Positions 1 through 9,855 of a DNA stretch of 64,000 nt are shown here, one piece after another. Numbering within the stretch: position 1 is the first letter of the stretch; each line of letters starts with the position of its first letter. The position numbers were made by a program, and so were the translations under genes. Under the pieces are notes generated by a model. The model saw only the letters and a program-made list of their open reading frames with translations. It searched no databases and was not told the DNA's origin. The DNA comes from Candidatus Eiseniibacteriota bacterium (GTDB taxonomy: Bacteria; Eisenbacteria; RBG-16-71-46; SZUA-252): the NCBI GenBank assembly GCA_031370645.1, contig JANMQV010000152.1:1-64000 (forward strand). Reading direction: 5' to 3'.

Positions 1-1278
1 GAACGTTCGCGTGGCGGAAGCGCCGCGAGCGCGGCCTCCGCGGTCCCGGACGCGGCGGCGATCGCGGCCGACGCGGCCGCGCGGGCGGAAGCGGCCATGC
101 GTCCGAGCCTTCGCCCGCTCTTGAATGCGACCGGCGTGATCGTCCACACAAACCTCGGCCGCGCGCCCTTGGCCGATGCGGCCGTGGCCGCCTTGGCCGC
201 CATGGCGGGCTCCTACACGAATCTTGAATTCGACCTCGCGCGCGGCGAACGGGGTTCGCGCATGAGCCATCTGGAGCCGCTTCTCCGCGATCTCCTCGGC
301 GCGCCGGCGGCGTTGGTCGTGAACAACAACGCGGCCGCCATGATTCTCGCGATCAACACCTTCGCTCGAGGGAAAGAGGCGATCGTGTCGCGCGGCGAAC
401 TCGTCGAGATCGGCGGCTCGTTCCGGATCCCGGAGATCCTCGAGCGCGCGGGCGCGACGCTCCGCGAAGTCGGCACCACGAATAAGACGCGGCTCCGCGA
501 TTACGAGCGAGCCATCGGCCCGGCGACCGGAGCCATTCTCCGCATTCACCCGAGCAATTTCGCCATCGTCGGCTTTACCGAGGAAGTGCCGCGCGAGGAT
601 CTCGTCCGACTGGCGCGGCGCCGGAAGATTTCGCTGATCGAGGACGTCGGATCGGGCGCGCTGATCGACATGACTCGCTTCGGGCTTCCCGGCGAGCCGC
701 TCGCCGCGGACGCGCTGAAAGCAGGCGTCCCGCTCGTGACCGCGAGCGGCGACAAACTCCTCGGGGGACCGCAGGCGGGGATTCTGGCGGGGTCGAAGGC
801 GATGATCGCCGCCGCCAAGGCGAATCCGTTCACGCGCGCGCTTCGCGCGGACAAATTAACGCTTGCGGCGCTCGAAGCCACACTTCGCCTTTACCGCGAT
901 CCCGAGCACGCCGCCGAGGCGATTCCGGTCCTCCGCATGCTCGGAGAGCCGGCTGAATCGGTCCGTGCGCGGGCGCGCCGGGCGCTTCGAATTCTCGGCG
1001 CGGAACGGGCTGTTCGCGCGGGCGCGGAGGTGGTAGCCTGCGACGGCGAAGTGGGCGGGGGAGCGCTCCCGCTTGCTCGAATTCCCTCGTTCGCCTTGTC
1101 GCTGCGCCCCGTTCGCGGTCGCGTCGGCGACTTGGCACGCGCGCTCCGGACGGGTTCCGATCCGGTGATCGGACGCGTGGAGTCGAATCGCCTGCTGCTC
1201 GACATGAGAACCGTCGCGTCGCGCGAGGTGCCGCGACTCGTCGCCGCCCTAGCCGCCGCGCTCGACCGGGAGATGTAA
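1..1278 (+). CDS. selA: L-seryl-tRNA(Sec) selenium transferase, 5' partial
   Basis: NATGVIVHTNLGRA, VSRGELVEIGGSFRIP, EVGTTNKT, SGDKLLGGPQAG (PLP lysine). The frame is open back to position 1, so the true start lies upstream of the window. Confidence 0.95.
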   Translation, partial: ERSRGGSAASAASAVPDAAAIAADAAARAEAAMRPSLRPLLNATGVIVHTNLGRAPLADAAVAALAAMAGSYTNLEFDLARGERGSRMSHLEPLLRDLLGAPAALVVNNNAAAMILAINTFARGKEAIVSRGELVEIGGSFRIPEILERAGATLREVGTTNKTRLRDYERAIGPATGAILRIHPSNFAIVGFTEEVPREDLVRLARRRKISLIEDVGSGALIDMTRFGLPGEPLAADALKAGVPLVTASGDKLLGGPQAGILAGSKAMIAAAKANPFTRALRADKLTLAALEATLRLYRDPEHAAEAIPVLRMLGEPAESVRARARRALRILGAERAVRAGAEVVACDGEVGGGALPLARIPSFALSLRPVRGRVGDLARALRTGSDPVIGRVESNRLLLDMRTVASREVPRLVAALAAALDREM

Positions 1279-2777
1279 TGGCCGTCGTCGCCACGGACGC
1301 CGAACGTTATTCCAGTCCGACCGCCTTCGCGCGGGAAGTGAACCTGCCGCTCCTCGGGAGCGCGTCGCTTCCGCCGCTCAAGGCGGGCGCCTCGCTTTCG
1401 GAACTCCTCGCGGCCAGCACGACCGGCTCGCTCGAGCCGATCGTCGAGAACCTGGCGCAGACACGCCAGTCGCTCACGCTCCGCTCCCTTCTGCTCGCCG
1501 GCTTTCCGCACGATCCCGAGTGCTTCGCGCTCGGCCTCGCCCTCGGGCGGGCCTGGAGCCGCCGCGGCCTCAAGGTGGCGGTGGTCGACATGGATTGTTG
1601 GAATCCCACGATCGTCCGCGGCGTCGGCGAACCGGCCGAAGGGTTCGTGGACGTGCTGGAATACGGCTGTTCGTTCCAGCGGGTCGCCTGGGAAGTCGTG
1701 GCCGGTTCGCTCTGGGTGGTCGGACCGGGAACGCACCCGCTCGAGGAAGCCCGGCTGGCCGAGCACCCCGAGTGGGAACGCGCGGCGCGCGTCTTCGCCG
1801 CCCGCGCCGACGTGACGCTCTACGTCGCCCCACTTCTCCACATGCAGGGATTGACCGGAAAACTCTCGAAGCGGATGGACGGCGTCCTCTTGACGGCCTC
1901 CATCGACCGCGTGAATCGCGCGGAGCTCCGCGATGCCTTCCTGGAACTCTGGGGATCCGACGCGCCGATCATCGGCTGCGTGGCGATCGAGCCGGGTCAC
2001 GCGCCTTCGCCCTCGTCGCGCCCCGCCGAGTCCGTGTCGCGACGCGAGCCCGTTCCCGTCGCCGCTCGGACGTTCGATTCGCCGCGAGAGTCGGCTCCGA
2101 CCCCCGCCCCCGCACCAATCGAATCGAAGTCGTTCGCCGTCGAGACGCACGAGGAAAGCGAATCGGCGCTCGTCGCGGCACTCGAACGCGAGGTTCGCAC
2201 CAGCGGTCTCGCCCCCGCGAAACGCCGCGCCCGTCCGGCGGACTGGCTCTGGGGCGGACTCGGGATCGGTGCCATCGTCCTCGCGAGTGTGGCGGCCTGG
2301 TTCCTCTTCGTGGCGCCCCGCGACGACCGAAACGCCACCCGCATGGCGGCTGAAACGCGCGCGACCGGCGACGAGTCGGTGCTTCCGGCGCCTGAGAAGC
2401 AGGCGCCGGTCACGGCCGGGCTCGGCACCGGATCCGCCGCTTCGGGTCTCCCCTCCGCCGAGATCCTGAGCCCTCCGCCGTCGAAGCCGATGCTCGGCGC
2501 CGCGGCACCCCTCAGCACGGCGCCGCCCGCCGATGGAAAGAAGTATCGGGTCCACGTGGCGTCGTTCCGTTCGGAAGATAAGGTCGCGCCGATCGTGCGC
2601 GATCTTCGTTTGAAGGGGCTCGACGCCTGGTTCGAACCGGCGGTGGACGGCTCCGGTTGGTATCGCGTCTTCGTCGGGCGATTCACGACCGAGGACGAGG
2701 CGGCCGCGTACGCATCTTGGCTCTTGCGCAATAAGTGGGTCGATCGGGCTCACGCGTTCCCCTCCACTTCGAGGTAA
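1278..2777 (+). CDS. Membrane-anchored SPOR-domain protein with degenerate CpsD/Wzc-like P-loop N-terminal domain
   Basis: TAATG overlap with selA. N-terminal LPLLG...LALGRAWSRRGLKVAVVDMD..P resembles the BY-kinase/MinD fold without GKS/T. Pro-rich linker, one TM (WLWGGLGIGAIVLASVAAWFLFV), C-terminal SPOR (YRVHVASFRS...WYRVFVGRFTTEDEA). Confidence 0.75.
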   Translation: MAVVATDAERYSSPTAFAREVNLPLLGSASLPPLKAGASLSELLAASTTGSLEPIVENLAQTRQSLTLRSLLLAGFPHDPECFALGLALGRAWSRRGLKVAVVDMDCWNPTIVRGVGEPAEGFVDVLEYGCSFQRVAWEVVAGSLWVVGPGTHPLEEARLAEHPEWERAARVFAARADVTLYVAPLLHMQGLTGKLSKRMDGVLLTASIDRVNRAELRDAFLELWGSDAPIIGCVAIEPGHAPSPSSRPAESVSRREPVPVAARTFDSPRESAPTPAPAPIESKSFAVETHEESESALVAALEREVRTSGLAPAKRRARPADWLWGGLGIGAIVLASVAAWFLFVAPRDDRNATRMAAETRATGDESVLPAPEKQAPVTAGLGTGSAASGLPSAEILSPPPSKPMLGAAAPLSTAPPADGKKYRVHVASFRSEDKVAPIVRDLRLKGLDAWFEPAVDGSGWYRVFVGRFTTEDEAAAYASWLLRNKWVDRAHAFPSTSR

Positions 2778-2780
2778 GCC

Positions 2781-5700
2781 GTGTTTCTCAAGCGACTCGA
2801 CATCCAGGGCTTCAAGTCGTTCCCGCAGCGCGTTCGCGTCGATTTCGGCCCCGGCATCACGGCGGTCGTCGGCCCGAACGGCAGCGGGAAGACGAACATC
2901 GTGGAGGCGATCCGCTGGGTGCTTGGCGAGCAGAACATGCGCCACCTCCGCGGCGACACGCTCGAGGACGTGATCTTCACCGGCTCCGCGCAGCGGAAGC
3001 CGCTCGGCATGGCCGAAGTCTCGCTGACCATGTTCAATAACCGCGGCGTGCTCCCCTCCGAGTACACCGAACTGACGATCGCGCGACGCACGTTCCGAAG
3101 CGGACAGAGCGAGTACAGCATCAACAAGAACGTCTGCCGCCTCCGCGACGTGCGCGACCTCTTCCTCGACACCGGCATGGGCTCCCACGCCTACTCCCTC
3201 ATCGAGCGGGGGATGGTCGACAACGTCCTCTCCGACGAGAGCGGGCATCGCCGCTTCCTCTTCGAAGAGGCGGCAGGGATCATGCGCTACAAGACGCGGA
3301 AGAAAGAGGCGCTCCAGAAACTCGACCTCACCGTCACCGACTTGACGCGCGTCGGCGACGTGGTCGGCGAGATCGAGCGCGAAGTCCGCTCGCTGGCCCG
3401 CCAGGTTGGAAAGGCGCGTCGCTACGGCCGCCTCCGCGACGAGATCAAGGGACTCGACCTCGGCCTAGCGAAGGAGCAGTACGACCGCCTCATGTCGGGA
3501 ACCGCCGCACTTCGCCAGGAGCGGATCGCGGTGGAGAACCGCCGCGCCGAACTCTCCGGGACGCTCGCCCGCCAGGACGCGGAACTCGAAGAATTGAAGC
3601 TGGAACTGCTGAAGCGCGAGGGCGAGGTGCGTTTGGCGCAGGAGGCGCTCGCGGAACACGAAGCGCGCGGCTCGGCGCTCTTGAACGAAGTCTCGGTGCT
3701 GAAGGAGCGCCGGGCGGGGTTGGCGGAGAAACTGGAACACGCCCGTTCGGAATCGGCGCGGCTCCAGGCGAGCGTCGAGGAGGTCCGAAACGCCGCCGCG
3801 CGACTCGTGGAGGAGCGGACCCGGCTCGAAGCCGTCGCGAAGGAGAAGGAAGACGAAGAACTCCGCCTCGGCATGAAGCTCGCCGAACTCGGTCCGGTCC
3901 TCGATCAGCGACGCGGTACCCTCACCGAGCGGAAGCAACTCTCGCTCGACCTCTTCCAGGCGCGCGTGAAGCAGGAGTCGAGCGCGCGGGCGCTCCTCTC
4001 GCGCCACGAGGAGCTCTCGCTCCGACGTGACGAGCTGACGGCGCAGCGCGCCTCGCTCGCGCGCGACCAGGAAGCCCTCCAAACGAACCTGGAAGAGATC
4101 GTCCGCCTGCTCGAGACGGCCGGCGGCGAAGCGGTGGCCGCGCGGCGCACGGTCGAAGAGGCGCAGGCCGCGCTGGTCGACGTGGAGCGCCGGCTCGCCA
4201 CGCACGACGAGGTGGAGAAGCGGGCGCGCGAATCGTACGCCGCGCTTGAGGCGCGCTATTCGACGCTCAAGGAATTGAAGGAGAACTACGAGGGGTACGA
4301 CGCCAGCGTCCGGTGGCTCGTGGCGGGTCCCACGCGCCCCGACCGGATTCTCGGAACGGTGGGCGACGTCCTTCACGCCTCGGGCGAATGGCTCGTGGCG
4401 CTCGAAGCGGCGCTGGGCGAAGCGGTGCAGTTCATCGTGGCCGAGCGGACCGACGCGGCGCTTTCGGCGCTCGCCTCCCTCCAGCAGTCGGGCGAAGGGC
4501 GCGCCACGTTCGTCGCGCTCGAGCGCCTGTCACGCTCCCGCGCCGCGGTGATTCCCGACGAGATCCTCCAGGCCCCCGGCGTTCGCGGGGCATTGCTCGA
4601 TCACGTCCGGTTCGAGCCCGGCTACGTGGCGCTCGCCGGATTCCTCCTGTCGTGGATCGTCGTCGTCGATTCGCTCGAGGTGGGACTTCACCTGATCGAG
4701 AAGTATCCGCAGCACCGGCTCCACTTCGTGACGCCGAGGGGCGAACGAGTGGTCGGGCCCGGCATCGTTCAGGGCGGAAGCGGCGCCACGCGCGCCGGCT
4801 CCGTCCTTCGCCGCGAGGAGGAACTCGTCGACCTCGCGCAGGCGCTGGGGCGCTCGGCGGCGTCGTTGGCCGAGACGGTCGCCCTCTCGGAAGCTCTTCG
4901 CGCCGAGAAGACGCGCTCGCAGGAGACGCTCGAGGAGGCGAATCGACGACTGGCCGGCGCCGAGCAGGCGCACCGAGCGCAGGAGTCGCGCCGGGCGGAG
5001 CAGACGATTCGCGGCGATGCCATGGGGCAGGCCGCCTCGTCGCTCGAGGCCGCGTTAGCGTCGGTGGCGGGGGACATCACGCGCGCGCTCGCCGAGGCCG
5101 ACGTGGCGAATCGCGCGCTTCAATCGGCCGACGAGGAACGGGGACGCGTCGACGAAGTCCTCGCCCGCGAGGAGGCCGAATTCCGCGCGCTCGAGCAAGA
5201 GCGGGAGCAGGTCACCGCGCTCCACGCCGAGATCCGGATCGACGCGACCCGCACCCGCGCCTCGTTCGAGACGACAGTCCGCGAAATCGAGCGTCTTCGC
5301 GTGAGCGCCGAGGAGGCGGAGCGGGAGATCCGAAATCGCGTGGAAGAGGCGACCGAGACCGAACGGCGGATCCGCGAGACCGAAACGCTCACGACCGAGC
5401 GGGAATCCGAGCTGGCTCTTGAGATCGAACGGAAGACCGAGCGCGAGCTGACGCTCCAGAAGGCGCGCGAAGGATTCGGCGAAGTGAAGGGCGCGACCGA
5501 CGACATCGAAGCGAGAACGCGCGACCTCCGCCGCGAACACAGCACCCTGACGGAGCAGATCCACCGCGCCGACTTGGAGCAGGCGGAGGCCGACGGCGAC
5601 AGGCGCCGCCTCACCGAGCGGGTCTGGAACGAGTACGAATTGGAACTCGCGGCGTATGTCGCGTCGAGGGTCCTGATCGAGGTGGAGCCGGCCGGAGCGC

Positions 5701-6614
5701 TGGCCGAGTTGGAGGAGGGCGACGGGGAACCCGATGTTCTGGACGGGGAAGAGGGCGCCGATTCGGACGCCCGCGTCTCCGACGAGGCGATCGTCGACCG
5801 GGGCGACGACGCGGGCGACTCGACCTCGCCGGGTGCACCGCTGGCACCGGACGCCACCGTGGGAGAGCGCCGCGAGCGCCTCCGGACGCTGCAGGAGAAG
5901 CTCCGCGGCCTCGGCCCGGTGAATCTCCTCGCCTTGCAGGACTACGAGGAACGCCGCACGCGCCTCTCCTTCCTCACGGGACAGCGGAAGGATTTGGAAG
6001 ACGCGCGTCAGCAGCTTCTCGAGGCGATCGATAAGGTGAATCAGAGCGCCTCCGAGCTTTTCAAGACGACGTTCGATCAGGTGAACCTCAACTTCCAGCG
6101 GGTCTTCACGACGCTCTTCGAAGGCGGGGAGTGCTCGCTTCTCCTCACCGGCGACGATCCGCTCGAGGCCGAGATCGAAATCCTGGCGCGTCCCAAGGGG
6201 AAGAAGCCTCAGTCGATCTCGCTCCTCTCCGGAGGCGAGAAAGCGCTCACGGCGATCGCGCTCCTCTTCGCGATCTACCTCGTGAAGCCGAGTCCCTTCT
6301 GCATTCTCGACGAAGTCGACGCCCCGCTCGACGACGCCAACGTGGAACGCTTCGTCCGTCTCCTCCGCGATTTCAGCGAGAAGACGCAGTTCATCGTCGT
6401 CACGCACAACAAGAAGACGATGGAGACCGCCGACTGCCTCTACGGCGTAACGATGCAGGAGCTGGGCGTCTCGAAGCTCGTCTCCGTTCGCTGGAACCGC
6501 GAGCGCCCGGCCGAGATCGAGTCGATCTCGATTTCGCAGGAGCCGGACGCCGACGAGGCGGTGGCGATGGCCGAAGCGGAACCGGCCGGCGCCGACGCCG
6601 GCGAAACGACCTAG
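2781..6614 (+). CDS. smc: Chromosome segregation protein SMC
   Basis: GFKSF, Walker A GPNGSGKTN, long coiled coils, hinge glycines, signature LSGGEK, Walker B/D-loop ILDEVDAPLD, FIVVTH. Confidence 0.97.
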   Translation: MFLKRLDIQGFKSFPQRVRVDFGPGITAVVGPNGSGKTNIVEAIRWVLGEQNMRHLRGDTLEDVIFTGSAQRKPLGMAEVSLTMFNNRGVLPSEYTELTIARRTFRSGQSEYSINKNVCRLRDVRDLFLDTGMGSHAYSLIERGMVDNVLSDESGHRRFLFEEAAGIMRYKTRKKEALQKLDLTVTDLTRVGDVVGEIEREVRSLARQVGKARRYGRLRDEIKGLDLGLAKEQYDRLMSGTAALRQERIAVENRRAELSGTLARQDAELEELKLELLKREGEVRLAQEALAEHEARGSALLNEVSVLKERRAGLAEKLEHARSESARLQASVEEVRNAAARLVEERTRLEAVAKEKEDEELRLGMKLAELGPVLDQRRGTLTERKQLSLDLFQARVKQESSARALLSRHEELSLRRDELTAQRASLARDQEALQTNLEEIVRLLETAGGEAVAARRTVEEAQAALVDVERRLATHDEVEKRARESYAALEARYSTLKELKENYEGYDASVRWLVAGPTRPDRILGTVGDVLHASGEWLVALEAALGEAVQFIVAERTDAALSALASLQQSGEGRATFVALERLSRSRAAVIPDEILQAPGVRGALLDHVRFEPGYVALAGFLLSWIVVVDSLEVGLHLIEKYPQHRLHFVTPRGERVVGPGIVQGGSGATRAGSVLRREEELVDLAQALGRSAASLAETVALSEALRAEKTRSQETLEEANRRLAGAEQAHRAQESRRAEQTIRGDAMGQAASSLEAALASVAGDITRALAEADVANRALQSADEERGRVDEVLAREEAEFRALEQEREQVTALHAEIRIDATRTRASFETTVREIERLRVSAEEAEREIRNRVEEATETERRIRETETLTTERESELALEIERKTERELTLQKAREGFGEVKGATDDIEARTRDLRREHSTLTEQIHRADLEQAEADGDRRRLTERVWNEYELELAAYVASRVLIEVEPAGALAELEEGDGEPDVLDGEEGADSDARVSDEAIVDRGDDAGDSTSPGAPLAPDATVGERRERLRTLQEKLRGLGPVNLLALQDYEERRTRLSFLTGQRKDLEDARQQLLEAIDKVNQSASELFKTTFDQVNLNFQRVFTTLFEGGECSLLLTGDDPLEAEIEILARPKGKKPQSISLLSGGEKALTAIALLFAIYLVKPSPFCILDEVDAPLDDANVERFVRLLRDFSEKTQFIVVTHNKKTMETADCLYGVTMQELGVSKLVSVRWNRERPAEIESISISQEPDADEAVAMAEAEPAGADAGETT

Positions 6615-6650
6615 GCCGAAGCCGCGCTCCCGCGGCCCGATCGCTTCGAC

Positions 6651-7610
6651 GTGGGTTTCTTCGACAAGATCTCCCAGGGCCTCAAGAAGACCCGCGACGC
6701 GATCGTCGGTCAGGTCGCGGCCGTCTTCCAGCCGGGCCGCTCCCTTGAAGAATCGGACTACGAAGCGCTCGAGAGCGCGCTCCTCCGCGCCGACGTCGGC
6801 CCGCAGGCGACCGACCGCCTTCTTACGTCGGTGCGCGCGACGCTCCAAGACGCGTCCTACCAAGGGACGCCCGCGGCGGCGCTTCGGGACGCCGTGATCG
6901 CGGTCCTGGCCGGCGCCTCACGCGCGGCGCCGGGTGCGTCCCCAACCGCACCGACATCGCCTCGCGACGCGTCTCCACCGGCCGCTACCGAGAAACCGTT
7001 CGTCACCCTGGTCGTCGGCGTGAACGGCACGGGGAAGACCACCACGATCGCGAAGCTCGCGCACCATTACCGCACGAACGGGAAGGAAGTCCTCCTCGTC
7101 GCCTGCGATACCTTCCGCGCGGCGGCGGCCGATCAATTGGAGGTCTGGGCGAAGCGGGCGGGCGTGGAGATCCATCGGCAGGCGGAGGGAGCCGACCCCG
7201 CGTCGGTCGCGTTCGACGGCATCGCGAGGGCGAAGGCGCGTGGCGTCGATCGCGTCTTCGTGGATACGGCGGGACGGCTCCACGTGAAGGCAAATTTGAT
7301 GGCCGAACTGGAAAAGATCCGGCGCGTCATCGGAAAGGCGCTCCCCGGCGCACCGCACGAGACGCTGCTAGTACTCGACGCGACGACCGGACAGAACGGC
7401 CTCGCGCAGGCGCGCGAGTTCGACAAGGCGCTCACGCTCTCAGGGCTCGTCCTGACGAAATTGGACGGCACCGCGAAGGGGGGCGTGGTCCTCGCCATCG
7501 CCGAGACGCTGAACCTTCCGATCCTATGGGTCGGCGTGGGCGAGGGGATGGACGATCTCGTCCCGTTCGATCCGGAGGAGTACGCGCGAGGCCTGGTAGG
7601 CGACGCCTAG
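6651..7610 (+). CDS. ftsY: Signal recognition particle receptor FtsY
   Basis: GVNGTGKTTTIAKLA, DTFRAAA, DTAGR, DATTGQN, TKLDGTAKGG. Confidence 0.97.
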   Translation: MGFFDKISQGLKKTRDAIVGQVAAVFQPGRSLEESDYEALESALLRADVGPQATDRLLTSVRATLQDASYQGTPAAALRDAVIAVLAGASRAAPGASPTAPTSPRDASPPAATEKPFVTLVVGVNGTGKTTTIAKLAHHYRTNGKEVLLVACDTFRAAAADQLEVWAKRAGVEIHRQAEGADPASVAFDGIARAKARGVDRVFVDTAGRLHVKANLMAELEKIRRVIGKALPGAPHETLLVLDATTGQNGLAQAREFDKALTLSGLVLTKLDGTAKGGVVLAIAETLNLPILWVGVGEGMDDLVPFDPEEYARGLVGDA

Positions 7611-7671
7611 GCCCGCCGAAGTGGAGCGGCGGATCGAAGCGCTCGGTACTTCCGCGCCGTGGCAGCCGAAG

Positions 7672-9123
7672 TTACTCCCCCGCGAACCCCACCTGGTTTT
7701 TCCCGCGATCCTTCGAGGCGCGAAGGTTCATGTTCGCGCGCGTCCAGAGCTCGTGTCCCACCTTGTCGCGCCCCGCTCGGTCGAGGCCGCGGGAGCGGTC
7801 GAGATGGAGCGGGACGTCGCCGGGGAACATGGCGCCTCCCATGCTTAGTGTGACGCGGACCGCGTTCTCGCGGCCGTCGAGGCCGGGGACGACGATGGCG
7901 AGATTCTGGGCTTTCACGCGGAGTCGCTCGCAAATCTCCCGCGCCTCGCTCTTCGTGGTCTCCGGGCTCAGGATGAGCGCGAACTCCTCGCCCCCCCAGC
8001 GCGCTACCGTGTCGAAGGGGCGGAGGCTGGTCGAGAGCGTTTGCGAGATCTCCCGCAGCACCACGTTTCCCGCCTCGTACCCGTACGTGTCGTTCACCCG
8101 CTTGAAGTCGTCGATGTCGGCGATGACGAGCGCCATGGAGCGCCCTTCGCGATAGGCGCGCGCGATCTCGTGGTCGAGTTGGCGGCCGAAATAGGGGCGG
8201 TTATAGACGCCGGTCAGCTCGTCGATCATGACGAGGAGCCCGAGTTTCTTCAGCGTGTTGAGGAGATCGGTGGCGTGCTCGGCGACGACGGTCAGAATGC
8301 CGACGCGCTCGTCGGTGAAGAACTCCGGCTCCTTGCTCCACGCCTCGAGGACGAAGAGGAAGGGCGAACCCGGTTCGCCGACCCGCGCCATGGCGACGGA
8401 GCGAAAGGGGCCGGCGTTTCCGCTCGGCTCGTAGGGCGCGATCGCCAGGTGCATCGTGGCGTCCATCGCCTCCGCGTCCACCATGGCATGCACGAACCCA
8501 GACTCGGAGAGGTCGCGAACGTAGAGGGGGAGCGAGCGCTTCGCGACCCACGTCTCGGCGAGGGCTCGATTCCACGGCTGCCCTTCGCTCACGGGCTGCA
8601 GGTAGCGGGAGTCCTCCAAGCCGCGCTCCAGCGAGTAGAGCCGCGTTTCGTCGCAACCTAGCACGTCCCGCGCGGAGGCGAGTATCGTTCGGAGAATGTC
8701 TCCGACGTCGGTTTGCAGGTATTCGGCGTTTCGCTCGTCGCGGGTGAAGAGTTTCCGTTCGACCGAGATCAGGTGCGACAGGCTCTTGTAGAGGAGCCTG
8801 CTCCGCGCGTGCCAGTGCGGGCGCGTCGCCCGTGCCAGTTGTTCCGGCGGGGGCGACGCCGAAGCTGGCAGCAGAAACGACTCGCCCGACTGGGGCACGC
8901 GGTAGCGTACGTAGGACTTACCGTCGCGCAGAAATCGGTCGACGTGTTCGAGGAGTCCTTCTTCACGCATCCGCTCGGCGAGATCAAACGCCAATTCCTC
9001 GCGGCGCGCTTCCGTGAGCCCGGAGAGGGTGAGTTCAATCTGGGTCCGCCGGTCGGCGGGGTCCGCCTCGTGGAGCCAGAGCGATGAGAGGAAGGCCGTT
9101 CGGATGCGGCTCGTTTCGTTCAT
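7672..9123 (-). CDS. Sensor diguanylate cyclase (GAF-like region plus GGEEF)
   Basis: DELTGVYNR, DIDDFKRVNDTYG, I-site RPFD, RWGGEEF. Start placed at MNETSR rather than the ORF-track start because a -10 element lies at 9173-9181. Confidence 0.85.
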   Translation of the reverse strand: MNETSRIRTAFLSSLWLHEADPADRRTQIELTLSGLTEARREELAFDLAERMREEGLLEHVDRFLRDGKSYVRYRVPQSGESFLLPASASPPPEQLARATRPHWHARSRLLYKSLSHLISVERKLFTRDERNAEYLQTDVGDILRTILASARDVLGCDETRLYSLERGLEDSRYLQPVSEGQPWNRALAETWVAKRSLPLYVRDLSESGFVHAMVDAEAMDATMHLAIAPYEPSGNAGPFRSVAMARVGEPGSPFLFVLEAWSKEPEFFTDERVGILTVVAEHATDLLNTLKKLGLLVMIDELTGVYNRPYFGRQLDHEIARAYREGRSMALVIADIDDFKRVNDTYGYEAGNVVLREISQTLSTSLRPFDTVARWGGEEFALILSPETTKSEAREICERLRVKAQNLAIVVPGLDGRENAVRVTLSMGGAMFPGDVPLHLDRSRGLDRAGRDKVGHELWTRANMNLRASKDRGKNQVGFAGE

Positions 9124-9172
9124 TCCCTCGGACTCGGATGCGGGCGCGGCGATGCATGGGAACGATGTGATA

Positions 9173-9181
9173 AGTATAGCA
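9173..9181 (-). promoter_or_regulatory. Extended -10 (TGcTATACT) for the diguanylate cyclase
   Basis: Reverse complement of agtatagca, about 50 nt upstream of the ATG. No clear -35. Confidence 0.5.
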
Positions 9182-9242
9182 CGGGAGCACCTTCCGGCGC
9201 CGCCGGCCAACTATTGGCCGGTACCGTAAGGTCCATTTGGGC

Positions 9243-9271
9243 TTGAATTTCGAGAAGTGGTGTGCTAGCGT
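9243..9271 (+). promoter_or_regulatory. Sigma70-type promoter TTGAAT-N17-TAGCGT with extended TG
   Basis: Direct match upstream of the small secreted protein and TPR regulator genes. Confidence 0.6.
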
Positions 9272-9534
9272 ATGAACACGTAGCCGGAGTGCCATCCCAC
9301 GGAAAGGGTGAGCATGGCTCTCAACCCAATCGCTCAGCACGCTTCCTCCCCGGTCCCCGCCGGGATCGCGCGCGGGCACACTACGTCCCTTCCCCTTGGA
9401 TCTTCGGACCGCCGATCGGCGCGCCACTTCGTACTGTTGCGAGTCGAGGAGACCCGTTCATGAAGACGCTCGGACACGGGGTCACCCCACCCCGAACCAA
9501 TCCCGAAGCAAGCCGGAGACGCGGAGGCAGTCTC

Positions 9535-9855
9535 ATGGTAGGACCACGCGGAATGCTCCCTTGGATCCTGCGTTCGACATTCGTGATCAGCCTCCTGGGG
9601 GCGCTTTGGATCGCGGTACCAGTCACGACGTTCGCCCGCCCCTACAACATCGACCCGGGTCCCGGTGAATCGGGAGACCCGACCGCGGACGATCAGCCGA
9701 GCCCGACGCCGAAGCCGAAGGCGAGGATCGGGATGGCTTCCATTGCGTCACAGGGAACGAATCACGATGCCACGCTCGGTCGCGGTCGTACCGTGATCGT
9801 CAGGGTTCCTTGGGAAGTTTATCGGCGGCTCCTGACCCAATTCTGGGTTCGGTAG
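9535..9855 (+). CDS. Small secreted protein (106 aa), candidate signalling pro-peptide
   Basis: GGAGG 7 nt before the ATG (alternative in-frame ATG at 9460 with GAGGAG). Signal-peptide-like segment ending TFA|R, acidic Pro/Gly core DPGPGESGDPTADDQP, amphipathic aromatic C-terminus WEVYRRLLTQFWVR. Confidence 0.6.
   Translation: MVGPRGMLPWILRSTFVISLLGALWIAVPVTTFARPYNIDPGPGESGDPTADDQPSPTPKPKARIGMASIASQGTNHDATLGRGRTVIVRVPWEVYRRLLTQFWVR

Noticed and set aside
891-3248. 785-aa minus-strand ORF and similar long antisense ORFs (e.g. 49364-52066, 19778-21805, 61433-63466)
   Set aside because: Shadow ORFs opposite well-supported genes, expected at high GC; no recognisable motifs.
9281-9295. TGGCAC on the minus strand as a sigma54 -24 box
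   Set aside because: The -12 position reads CTAC rather than TTGC, so the invariant GC is missing.
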